This document shows positions 14,220-24,918 of a stretch of DNA of 64,000 nt, one piece after another. Origin of the DNA: Cyanophora paradoxa CCMP329 (lineage: Eukaryota > Plantae > Glaucophyta). The notes under the pieces are model-generated. The model was not told the DNA's origin. It saw only the letters and a list, made by a program, of their open reading frames with translations, and searched no databases. How positions within the stretch are numbered: position 1 is the first letter of the stretch; the number at the start of each line of letters is the position of its first letter. A program made the translations under genes and the position numbers. The stretch spans positions 1 through 64,000 of the forward strand of contig QPMI01000200.1 in the NCBI GenBank assembly GCA_004431415.1, written 5' to 3'.

Positions 14220-14933
14220 TTACAGAATGTACTGGAGGAGGAGGTACGCGAAGCCAACAGAGCCCGCGCCGCCGATGAGCCAGCCGCTCACGAAGTCAGA
14301 CCAGCCCTCGCCGGACTCCCAGAGGGTGGCGTCCTTCGACTTCGAGGAGCCAGAGAAGTTCGCCTTGCCGTACAGAGCGAGGCAGGCGGTGAGGATGACG
14401 ACGAGGCCGACGGCCGAGAGCGAGCCGTAGAGGATGCCGCCGTCGGTGTTGCGAAGGGGGCCGAGCTCAACGAACGGGCCGGTGAGGAAGTAGCTGCGCG
14501 GTGTTGTTGAGCAAGAGCGAGCGGAGGCGCAAAAGGAAACCGGCGGCGCACCCGTGAGCCATGCCGATCTCGAGGCCGCGGAGGCGGGGGGTGAGGCCCT
14601 TGCGGTACGCGGGCAGGTTGGCCAGGAGGCCGTTGACGGCGGAGGAGTTGGAGATGGGGGTGGAGAGGTGGCCAATGAAAGCGTCATCGTAGAAGGGCTG
14701 CCCAGAAAGATCAGCGGGCGGCAAAACGAGCGGTGGTTTAACGCGCAACGGACCTTCACGGCGTCCTTAGCCATGCGCATGGTGCTGGCATTCTGGACGT
14801 CGAACGAACGGCGGGCACCGACGATGGCGCGGGCGTTCTTGGTCGCGGCCGGGATCTTCACCGACTTCGCGGCGGTCGCGGGCACGATGGCACCGGTCGA
14901 GGGAACCGCGGGGATGGCAGTGATGAACGCCAT
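14220..14933 (-). CDS. psaL: Photosystem I reaction centre subunit XI (PsaL), nuclear-encoded with transit peptide, 2 introns
   Basis: Transit peptide [10 protein letters not shown]. Mature part has [70 protein letters not shown]. Confidence 0.97.
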   Translation of the reverse strand: MAFITAIPAVPSTGAIVPATAAKSVKIPAATKNARAIVGARRSFDVQNASTMRMAKDAVKVRCALNHRSFCRPLIFLGSPSTMTLSLATSPPPSPTPPPSTASWPTCPRTARASPPASAASRSAWLTGAPPVSFCASARSCSTTPRSYFLTGPFVELGPLRNTDGGILYGSLSAVGLVVILTACLALYGKANFSGSSKSKDATLWESGEGWSDFVSGWLIGGAGSVGFAYLLLQYIL

Positions 14934-15638
14934 TTTTTGTCGGTGCGAACTGAGGTGTGGTACGAACTTGGTGCCCGGACTAACCTCTATCAAGGATATC
15001 ACGGCTCTGATTGCCACCCGTACCCTCCTTTGAGGTTGAGGGGGGGTAGCTGGCGCTGCCGCAAGCCTCCGGGAGCGTCGACCGGCATACGTACGCGTCG
15101 ACCACGTCGGGATCGGTTGGAGCTATAGTACAGCAAGCGCTCGCGCGCGCCGCGGCGCGCCCTGTCTGCAGCTGTCTGAGCTCGAGCTCGCGTCTGACGC
15201 GTAGACGCTCGTCTTCGCCTTCTCATTTGTGTTCTTCAACAAATCGGCGGAGGACTTCAACATCGACGGCCTGGTCGCGTGTTTCGCAAATCTTTTCAAT
15301 TGCAAGTTTGGTCGCTTATGTTCCGAAGTTCACCTCGCCGAGAGTCGCGAGCCTGAAAAGCTTGGTGGCTGCGATTCGAAGCGCCCCGCGCCGCCCTGCT
15401 CGTTTTCGCCTTCTAATTGGTATTCTTCAAGGCTTCCTCTTCCCCTCCCGTGGCGTTGGCGCACCGTCCCGCCTGGCGGCCTGCCCCCTCTTGGCCGTGA
15501 CATCAATCAAGAGGGCCGCAGCAGGATCGGAGGTGCTGCCCCACCAGGAAGCGACGGATGTGTGCGACGTCCGCCTTCAAGGCTGGCAGAGGATCAACCC
15601 TATCGACCCCTGCATGGATCATAGCCCCGGCCCTGGTT

Positions 15639-15788
15639 TGCGTTCAGCGTAGAACGAGCTAGCTAGCTGTGTACTACGCCTGTCTGGGCTACGCATAGGA
15701 AGGTGCGGCCCTCGCCGTTGCTGGCCCGGCCGTTCCCCCCCGAGGCCCGTAAGGGGAGTAACGCTCCACCCCCGCACGGCCTAGGCCG
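15639..15788. mobile_element. Repeat family A, copy A2 (truncated after 150 bp, followed by captured gene fragments)
   Basis: Same fixed end tgcgttcagcgtag as the other copies. Similarity stops at ctaggccg (15788). Confidence 0.85.
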
Positions 15789-15816
15789 TACACCTTACAC
15801 CTTGTTGCCCACCCCC

Positions 15817-16048
15817 CAACGTCCGTTGTCCTTACATGCTACACCAGCCCTCGAGCTTACACGGAGAGCACCTGTGATGGCAAAAATCGAGGAGGCGCGC
15901 GCACTTCTTTTCGAAACAGACAAATGGCTGGGCCTCCTGGACGAGGTTTTCCTGTTGTTTCGTTATGTCCCTGCTGTTCTTTACGCGCTGTAGGCGCACG
16001 AGAGATCAATCTACACCGATGTGCTGTTCGGACTTTTGAAGGTCAGCC
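15817..16048 (+). pseudogene. Two fused captured gene fragments: 27-kb gene (27384-27500) plus helicase (9322-9435)
   Basis: 15817-15933 is near-identical to 27384-27500. 15935-16048 matches 9322-9435 over 114 bp, including an intron. Confidence 0.95.
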
Positions 16049-19010
16049 TTCCTTGCTGACAATTGGGGGACATCCACGTATTCGCGACCTGTTATTCTTG
16101 ATCGAAACAGGGCAACAAATGCGCAATAAATTTCCATAAGACTGACCGTTTGCAAAAATGTGACGGAGTGATACTGCACTGAGCCCTGCCCAGAGGGCAG
16201 CATACGCAAAGCGGTGTGTTGCAAGCAATGAGTCTGCCATGCACTCACTGGACAGTTGCCAAGAAGTCGAATTTCGAGAACAGACCTTGCGGTGCCAACA
16301 GGGATGCCACTGTCATGACCACACCAACAACGAGGGAAGTAGTTACCAGGCCTTTGCTCTGTTGTCGAACTGGAATTTCAGAGTGGCGGGCTGGAATTAA
16401 TGGAACTCCCTCACCGACAAAGCAGTGTGAGTAACAAATGGAGATGGGCCAGCTGGGTCCGGAATGAAGTTTCCAACAAAAAGATCAAGGGCATCCTGGG
16501 AGAGATGTGATTCGTTTCACGAACTCACAAAAAGGATTATACACGATCACACCTGCTTCTCGCCATCTTTGAAATTGTTCAAATAGTAACGTGTTGCTGG
16601 AAAAAAAAGTAAAATTCAAGCAGGGTAAACGAGGGGATTCGAAGGGCACACCCGAATTCCAGCCATCTTGCAGAGCACCGCGTGTTGTCCGCTTGCCAGT
16701 CCTGCGCATTGTCAGATATGCATGATAACGCAGAACAAGGTGTAGACACGCCTTGTGTAATCTGTCTTAAGAGCTCCAGTTCCAGAGTATTGCAACGACA
16801 CAGCATCCGCATTGTTTGCCCAAACTGCACTGAAAATAAGCAAGAAAGGTCTATCGTGAGTGAATGCCAGAACAGACGATTTTTGAGGAGCGAGTCAAAT
16901 GCCAAGTGAGACTCGATCTTGTCGCTGCCTTCAAAGATGCCGAACCTCCTTAGCTGTTTCACAAGCATCCTTCTGGCGATAAGGGTCTACCAAAACAGTG
17001 AGGTCGTTTCAGTAACCTGCTCTATGGACCGCATACCTGAACGACATTGGTGCGGTCAAGGCAGTCGATGCAATTGGTGCGGATGACGCCTTTTTGAACC
17101 TTAAGGTGCATTAACAATCCTGGTAGCATGCAATCAGCTCGATTTGGAGCGGACCTCGTTGACGCCTTTGTCCGCCAACAGGTATCCGTGAGAGTCCAAA
17201 TCCGCTTCGATCTTCTCCATGAGCAATGACAGTCGGTCATACCTGAGTGCCGTAAGAGGAAACATTCAAAAGCTGGGCCGATGTGGTTCGAACCGCATCT
17301 TGCGACACTCGTGATGGAAGTCAAAAGCCAGATATCTGGGCCATGTGAGTTTACTACAAACATGAAATCCGTACTACAAACCTCAGTTTGCCCCCCTGAA
17401 GGTCCTTTGCGAGTTCATTGGCATGAAGTCCAAACGCCTCACCTGAATCAGATTCAGGAGCACACGAGAGAGATGCACAGCGACAGATCTACCAAGAGCG
17501 AGCTCGGATCCTTTCTGGTCAATCAGACTAACGCAGACCTGTACAATGCTGAGGTCCAAAGCACTCAAACCAAAAAGAAAGCACACCTGGGCCCCATATC
17601 GCTTAATCTGATCCTCAAAATGGGCTCGGAAAGCTGCAGCCTGCAAGAGATCAACGGCAGCAGCAAAAAGCGAATTCAGTTCCGCACTGTGTTGGAGAAG
17701 ATGTTTATGGCAGGTTTCGGTTTGTACTTCAGATTGACAGACTTTTAAAAAACAAAGATCAGCAAACGAATCAGGCAATGCCAATGACGAAACACTGGAA
17801 ATACCTGGTCCCAGTACAAGGGAATAGACCCACGGGTCTGCACGAGAGATGCTGTCCTGTGTTGCCCATCTGCATCATACAGAACGGCCTGAAATGGATA
17901 ATTCGTTTAATGCATCAGGGAAGATAAAGCACGTTTGGTGATAGCGCACCTGCTCAGTCTCAACGTAATTCGACACGTTTCCACATTCATCGATCCCTCG
18001 AGAATGGTACCTCACACCTTTGAAAAAAATCAGTGGGATGTGTCTTTGCAACTTCATCTGACATTTGAAACGAACCACAACGATGGATACTGCGACGGGA
18101 GATAAGCACAATAGTGAAATCCCGCTTGTTAACAGTGCATGGCTCGATCTCGACAACTTGGCAAACAAAAGAAATGAAAGTGAGCTCAAGCAGGTTGGGT
18201 CAACTGCAACACACGCACATCCCATCATTACTGGCAGCACCCAGGAATCTAGTTCAAGGCGGATAAAATCCCGCATCGCATGTTTGTTCCAGAAGAAGCG
18301 GTCGTCGGCCTAGCATGTGTTATGGAGGCAACATGTGTTATGTTATGGGATGAATGTCACCCTCGTGTGCAGTGGCTTTCCCGCAGGGAGGCTCGACTGT
18401 CGCTGGAGACTCTGAGTGATGTCGAACGTGTACGAGAAGTATAGGCCCATGTCCAGCACCAACTTGATCATGTTCGTGTACCGATGTTCATCGGCGCGCT
18501 GCGACCCATGCGACCCATCTTCGATAGGAACGCCAATCGCAGCGGGCATCTCGCACCTGCTGCTCCGACAACGGTCGCAAATTGCGGCCAAAAGAAAGCA
18601 TCTCCGCGCGCTTGATTCTGTAGATGACATGTTCCCGGACGCGCCCCACCTCCTCCCGATCCGTAATCACAAGCAGGTACGGGCCTGGGCAGGCGTGGAT
18701 AAGAGCTCGAGAGGGCTCGCCGCTCTGCAAGTGTGCACCAGCGAGAAGACGCACGACGCCTATGACGCCGTGGATCGACATGGACGCTGCGACCTTGCCG
18801 GCGAATTCGGCGCCTGCGTACGCGGTCGAACCTCGCATTTGGAACCGATCAGACGCCGGTGGCGCGCGCGCGCAGCGCACCGCCCTTGCGGAGCTCGCCA
18901 CTCTGCCGATCGAGGATGACGCAGGAACCTGGGTGGTGTTGCTGCTCCAGAACGAAGCGTTCATCATTGATGAGCAAGTGGACATCCTCGGAAACGGCCC
19001 CGGCGGCCAT
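16006..19010 (-). CDS. SAC1: SAC1-type phosphoinositide phosphatase, multi-exon
   Basis: N-terminus MAAGAVSEDVHLLINDERFVLE. YFSYTFDITQSLQR, DECGNVSNYVETEQ, catalytic CX5R RTNCIDCLDRTNVVQ, WANNADAVSLQYSGTGALKTDYTR. C-terminal TM segments and NGREYVDVPQL. Confidence 0.93.
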
Positions 19011-19056
19011 CACGCCTCAACCAAGCCAACGCACTGCACTGTACCCCCTGTCGCAA

Positions 19057-19640
19057 TCCTGTTGCAATATTAATTGGGAAGTCAACAATACAATATTCCT
19101 GTTGCAATATTAATTGGGAAGTCAACAATACATGTACATGTGTATCATAGTGTATGTATACGTACATGTATATACGCGTACGTATACGTACGTATACGTA
19201 CGTATATACGTATATACGTATACGTATACACGCGTACTACCGTAGTAGTACTTGAGGAGGTACTATAGCTATAGCTACGGTACTTGCAATTGTCATCGAT
19301 ATCAGGATCCCGGATTGTCCGCGACCAGGCCCATGCCACTATATATATATAGCTATAGCTATAGCTAGCGCTAGCTGCACGGAGCCTCGGAGATCGGGAT
19401 CCCGGAAGTCTGAGCCCTTGACAGCTGCACATGCAGGCCTAGGAGGCGTCATGATCATAGCTATAGCTAACTCGATAAACTAAAAAGTTAGTTTAAATTG
19501 TGTCCCGGAGTCCACTGAGTCCAAATGCTCACTGAGTCAGTGCTGAATCGATATCAGACGCTGGTGTTGCGTCGCGCGAACACTAGCTAGCGCTACGTAT
19601 GCATATATATACATGTATAGACAGTATACTTAGTAGCTTG
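19057..19640. repeat. 40-bp tandem duplication plus palindromic hexamer microsatellites ((tacgta)n, (tagcta)n)
   Basis: tcctgttgcaatattaattgggaagtcaacaataca occurs twice (19057, 19097). Runs of tac-gta-tac and tag-cta-tag at 19140-19375. Confidence 0.85.
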
Positions 19641-20035
19641 ATCATGAGGTGCCCGGCGCCAGCGCATGCGCAGCACGAACGCTGGGCAGCTGGCCATGGC
19701 GAGTGTGGCCAGCTCGCTGCACTGTTGGGCTGGGCCCCCGCGTGGCTGCGTGCGCGTGGCTGCGTCCGACGTCGCAGCTGCGTCCGAAGTCCCGGGGGGA
19801 AGTCAACGTATAGCACACGGACCGGTGCACCGGTGCGCCTGCTCGGCTCGTAGCTAGCTAGGCTGCGATTCCCTTTTCTCCATCAGGGCACCAGTCCCTG
19901 CGGGTTACGCTCTATCCCAAACAGCACGGGTACAGTTAAAGCGCTGAGGTAGGAGGTCCGGCCGCGCCCGTAGCTTAGAAAGAGCACCGTCATCTAAATT
20001 TTCGCTGATCTCACGATCGGAATGTGATCATTGAA

Positions 20036-22313
20036 TCATTTCACTACAACTACAGGGCACTCGAGGTTGTGAACACAGAAATCGCTAACAGATTCCATGG
20101 CGATTCTGTGCCCAGATCAGTTTGTTCGAGTCAAAAGCAGGGCTCTAAGGCTGCATACCTCTGCAAGTTAGACAGAGGTCGCGACCCGACGAATGTGTAG
20201 TCGATACTGTAGAGCTCGGTGTACTCGAGAATTTCGCGCCGCACGTTTCCTGACCGGATCTCGGACACACTATCAACCTGCTCTGATGGTTGGCCAACGA
20301 CATGGCTGTGGTCAACTTAAGGAGCGAACCCCCTGCTCCTTGCATTTCGTTGTGCAGGCCAGAAGGAAGTCTTGCAGGTGTGTCAACTTCACGTCTTGTC
20401 CGCCTGGCAAAGCCTCAAAATTCGAGACCCTTCTCAGTAGCACAACAGAAAGAAGGCGAACCACGCCATACGCAAAGGATGTACATCCGATCGATGCCTG
20501 GGCGAGCCAGGCGCAACGCCAGCTATGCATGGGTCAGGGTTTGCCACTAGTTTTAAGAACTTGGACTTCTAACCTCAAAAGCACGCTCGGAATGCTCTGA
20601 TCCATCGGCTGCAACAAGAAGATTGCGCGACCGTGGCCAGATTGCAGGGCATCCAACTGGTTTAACGACCTGCATTCGGCATGAGGGTTTAATTGAGATC
20701 TCGATGCACACTTCTCACCATCACTGGGCATTCTGCTTGGCGAACAAGGTGCGTGCTTGTGCTTCCGAGAATTATTCTGCAGGATTCGAATCAGCGAGGT
20801 GATTACACAAAGAATGGCGGGTTGCCGACCGCTGGACAATTGAAAGACCCCTGGAACCGACGACCAGGAGATCAGCCTCCTGAACGGCGGCTTCATCAAG
20901 AAGTAGCTGCTCCGGCTGTCCAGTGAGCATCTCAAGTGTGCAATCCACCTGGAGATCACGGATGCACGTCAGATGTAAGTGGCGTTTCCCTAAAATATTT
21001 TCACATACCCCACCCTGCCGACAGAGCGTTCGGCACTTATTCAAGATGGTCTTTGCGACACCGCGCTGTTTCCGCTTGGCTTCATTAATTTTCCCCCAGG
21101 AGGCTACACCGAGCAAGTCTGAAGCCACACGTGTTGTATCTGTCGGCACTTCATCGCGACCAGGGTACTGCGAGAGAGCACCAACCTCAGGCTACGCCTT
21201 CGCCAAAAAAATTGAGTGAAACGGACCATGTAATCGTACAGGGACCCACACCATGCACAAATGATGCGATCTCGTCCAGGAACAGCCATCTGAATGGCGT
21301 GTTCGAGCGCGCAGTACGATGTATCAGATCCATCGACCGCAATCAAGAAGCGCATGCGCTGGCCACGCTGAAAGTCGTTTCTGCATGCGATCCATCAGGG
21401 TCGTTCCTGCAAGGGCCTCAAGCACCACAGCACGTACTCGTCATTTTCGTCGTCATGCTGTGCCCAGAACTGCTGCCACAAGGTCGTGAGCTTCTGCGTC
21501 GCCAGCATGATAGCCTCCGTGAACAGGGGGCCAAGCTTCGCGTATGTAAAGCTGAACAAGAGGTGAGAGCCCTTCGCGGAGCTTTGGGAGCGCATTGCAG
21601 ACCTGAATATGCGTGGAAGAAAGGGGAGAATAGCAACAGTGAGAAGTCCGAGGGCCCAGCCAGTCACAAGCATCGCGACAGCCTGTGCCCAGCTGAAGGA
21701 CTGGCTGGAAATGATGATTGCCGCACACTGCGGCCCGCAAAGCGGCCCCGCAAGCCCAGCCGGCACAGGGTTTGCCTTGCTAAGGCGCCGCAGCGCCATC
21801 ATCGCATCGCCTAGCGACCGCCACAGACGTTCCGCCGCCAAGCGAGACACGTTGCGAGGCGTTGGCCTGGATGTGTGGGCCGTCCGTTCGGCGCGTCGTG
21901 CACGCGCTATCGCAGCTTTCAAGATGACAACCACCAGCTGGAGGCGCGCATCGCCAAGACGCGGCGTCGGATCCTCGAACACGAACTGGGCGCCGTCGCG
22001 TCAGACTGCAAGCGCACGCGACTAGTTCGGAATGCAGGCCGCTCACCGAGGCGGGCGCCGCAGATTCTACCGCGCATCTGAAGCTCAAGGCCGGCGCGGT
22101 CGCCCACCGTGTGCAAGGCCCGCCCGGTCGAGACACGGCCCGGCGCCCGACGATCGCCAGAGAGCTCGAGAACGACAGCTGCGCTGCACGACGCTGCCGC
22201 GCAGAGGGCACGCTCTTGACGGACGGCTCGACCGGGCTGGCGGCCGCACGGTTGAGTAGCTGCCGCTCATTGACGAGCGGGGGAAGGGCCGCAAACAGGA
22301 ACGACGCGGCCAT
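20036..22313 (-). CDS. Tandem universal stress protein (USP) domain protein with putative N-terminal transit peptide and TM segment
   Basis: USP1 MRFLIAVDGSD...DLLVVGSRG...ILGSTSTHLVRQAECPVMV. USP2 NLLVAADGSEHSERAF...SVSDFCVHNLECPVVVVK*. An intron of about 57 bp joins the upstream hydrophobic exon (WAQAVAMLVTGWALGLLTVAILPF) in frame. The 5' exons (MAASFLFAAL) are less certain. Confidence 0.75.
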
Positions 22314-22379
22314 CGGGCCAGGCGTGCCACCGCCGCGACTAGCGGCGGCTAAGCGGCCTACTTTGGGGGTACACGGAAA

Positions 22380-23534
22380 ATGCACGCTAGCTTCGTTGCT
22401 GCAGCTGCGGCGCCGCTGCGCGGCCCGGCGGGCCGCTCGCACATCTCGCGTCAAGCTCAGAGATGTGACCAGAGCCGCGGAACCGTCTCCGCGAGTCAGA
22501 GCCACCAGCCGCCGGCGTCGTTCTTCGACGGCACCCAGTCGCGCGACGCGCTGGCCGCAAGCAGCCGCTTCTTCGTAAACGGCGGCCGCGCTCTCGGATT
22601 CTTCGCGGCGTCGCACAATATCTTCGTAGACCAGTCCGATCTGTGCGCTGACGCTTTCACAGCCGCACGCATCCAGAGCTGCCGCGCTAAACCTCGCATC
22701 TCGCAGCGCCCCGTGCGCAGGACGTTGGACCATGATGCCGATGCAAGTCCCAAAGGTCGTCTACAAGGATCCGAAGGGAGGAGACGCGCAGGTCGTTGAG
22801 CTCTGGGAGCGCTTGTACAAAAGTCGGGTCATCTTCGTCAACAGGGTCCGAATCTGAGGACCTCGCCCTGGCTTGGCTGACAGCTGCGCTCAGGAAATCG
22901 ACGACGAGATGGCGAACCAGATGATTGCTGTGCTGCTAGAGATGGACGCTGAAGGCCAGAGCAACATTTCTATATATATTAACTCCACCGGAGGCTTCGT
23001 CGCATCCGGCCTCGCCATCTATGACACCTACCGCTACATCCGGTCCCCCATCATCACGGTTGCCGTTGGCACCGCAGCCTCTACGGCCTCATTCCTTCTC
23101 GCCGGAGGTGCTTTGCGCAGCATGCGATTTCGTGCCTGCTTATCCTGAGCGGGCGCAGGCACGAAGGGCAAGCGCTACGCCACTCCGCACTCCCGCATCA
23201 TGATCCACCAGCCTCGCGGTGCGCTCTGTTCGCCATCCGCCGTTGAAACCTCTGATTCCGCCCTTCGCAGGCTCAGCGGAGGGGCAGATGACGGATCAGA
23301 TTATCGAGGCTCGTCAGGTCCGGCACGTGAAGGACGAGCTGTACAGCGTGCGTTGAAGTCGCATCTTGTTGTGCTGGTGCAGTGTCTTACTCTAAGCAGA
23401 TGTATGCCGAGTTCACTGGGCAGCCTCTGTCTCGGATTGCAGAGGATATGGAACGCGACAAGTGGATGTCGGCATTCGAAGCAAAAGAATACGGCATCAT
23501 CGACAACGTGCTTCTTCCTCGCGAGGGCAAGTGA
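22380..23534 (+). CDS. clpP: Plastid-targeted ATP-dependent Clp protease proteolytic subunit
   Basis: Transit peptide MHASFVAAA joined via a putative 37-bp intron (22626-22662) to [28 protein letters not shown]. Catalytic Ser (AASTAS), His (MIHQP) and Asp (DMERDKWMS). Confidence 0.9.
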
Positions 23535-23640
23535 GCAATACAAGAGAGCTTACTTGCAGCTTGATGCGACACGCGTTGTCAGCTAGTTGTCTGATTAGCA
23601 GTGTGGGCTGAACTGAGTATCGACAGATGTCGTGGGTAAA

Positions 23641-24240
23641 TGCGTTCAGCGTAGACAGAGCTAGCTAGCTGTGTACTACGCCTGTCTGGGCTACGCATAG
23701 GAAGGTGCGGCCCTCGCCGTTGCCGGCCCGGCCGTTGCCCCCCCCCCGAGGCCCGGAAGGGGAGTAACGCTCCACCCCCGCGACGGCTTAGGCCGCGCGA
23801 GTGTCGTGTGCAGCATCGCGTCGTCGTTCTTGGGCGGTGGGAGTTCCTGCAGGCCGGGCGGGGCCGGGACCCGTCGGTAGCCTGCGGGGGGGCGGCGCAC
23901 GCGGAGGGGGGTCAGATCGGAATTGAAGCGCCCTGAAATCGAAATCGAAATCGAAGGCGCGCACTAGTACTTGGGGAAAGACCATGAAGACCGCATGAAG
24001 ACCAACGCACGCGACTTTCCGAAGTTCGTCCAATTAATTGCAACTTTCGTCCAATTTTCGTCCAACTTTCGAATTCGTCCAATTGCATGGTACTTTCGTC
24101 CAACTTTCGTCCAACTTTCTTCCAATTGTATGGTACTTTCGTCCAACTTTCGTCCAACTTTCAAGTTTCGTCCAACCCCTGATCGTAATCGCAGATCAAG
24201 GACGTCCTAATCGTAATCGCAATCGCAGAAAGACGTCCTG
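23641..24240. mobile_element. Repeat family A, copy A3
   Basis: Fixed end at 23641, body to about 23975, (ctttcgtccaa)n array at about 24025-24176, then aatcgtaatcgcagatcaaggacg modules. Confidence 0.85.
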
Positions 24241-24666
24241 TGTCTCCTGTCTGCTGGCAGAAGTCTGCTGGCGTGGATGTGTCTACTGCATTTCTCTCTC
24301 TCTCTCTCTCTCTCTCAGTTGGATATCCGATGATCGATATCGATAGGTAAATCGACGACGAGATCGAATTCAAAAACCGAGTGTCGAACTTTTTTTTTCG
24401 GAACGTTTAACTAGTACTCGAAATTTGGATCGAAGTCTGTTGCTCTGCCAACGTAAACGAAGGCGTGCAGGCCTTGCGCCCGAGGGCTTGCGCATGCGCA
24501 TCATGGCATGCCAGTTCGCTGCAGCTGCAGCGCCGCTGAGGCGGCAAAGGGAGAGGAATACCAAAGGCCTAGGTGGAGCCACATCGCCTGGTTGTACTGC
24601 AGCTGGCTATGGGACTGGGCTTTGATTTGGATTTGCCAAAGTTGAGGGCACTGCAGCTGATCATGC

Positions 24667-24853
24667 CACGCCTAGTCCGGTAGAGCAACAGAAGGCTTAG
24701 ATTTCGATTTCGACCCCGGGCCCCTCGGTTTCGATTTCGATTTCGACATCGATTTGCCTATCCGAGAGAGCCCATGGATTGCTCGGCGAATATAGCTAGT
24801 CCGAACAGCTACTGGGTTACTCAAGACATCGTGTGAGTCACATCTGAAATGCA
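24667..24853 (+). repeat. Repeat family B copy
   Basis: gatttcgacatcgatttgcctatccgagagagcccatggattgctc...gacatcgtgtgagtcacatctgaaatgca. Confidence 0.85.
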
Positions 24854-24918
24854 CCGTCGAATCTCGTCCAACCTAAAGGCGCCCACTAATATTCCTTGTG
24901 TTATGGCTATCCATGAAT

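Noticed and set aside
15190-15630. Possible small gene or captured fragment upstream of A2 (ORFs 15227-15652 and 15229-15624)
   Set aside because: No recognisable motif, no convincing ATG and no donor in the window.
19960-19995. gcccgtagcttagaaagagcacc resembling a tRNA 5' half
   Set aside because: No anticodon arm, T-loop or acceptor stem complement.
24025-24176. (ctttcgtccaa)n and aatcgcagatcaag arrays as a CRISPR array
   Set aside because: Eukaryotic context, units too short, no unique spacers and no cas genes.
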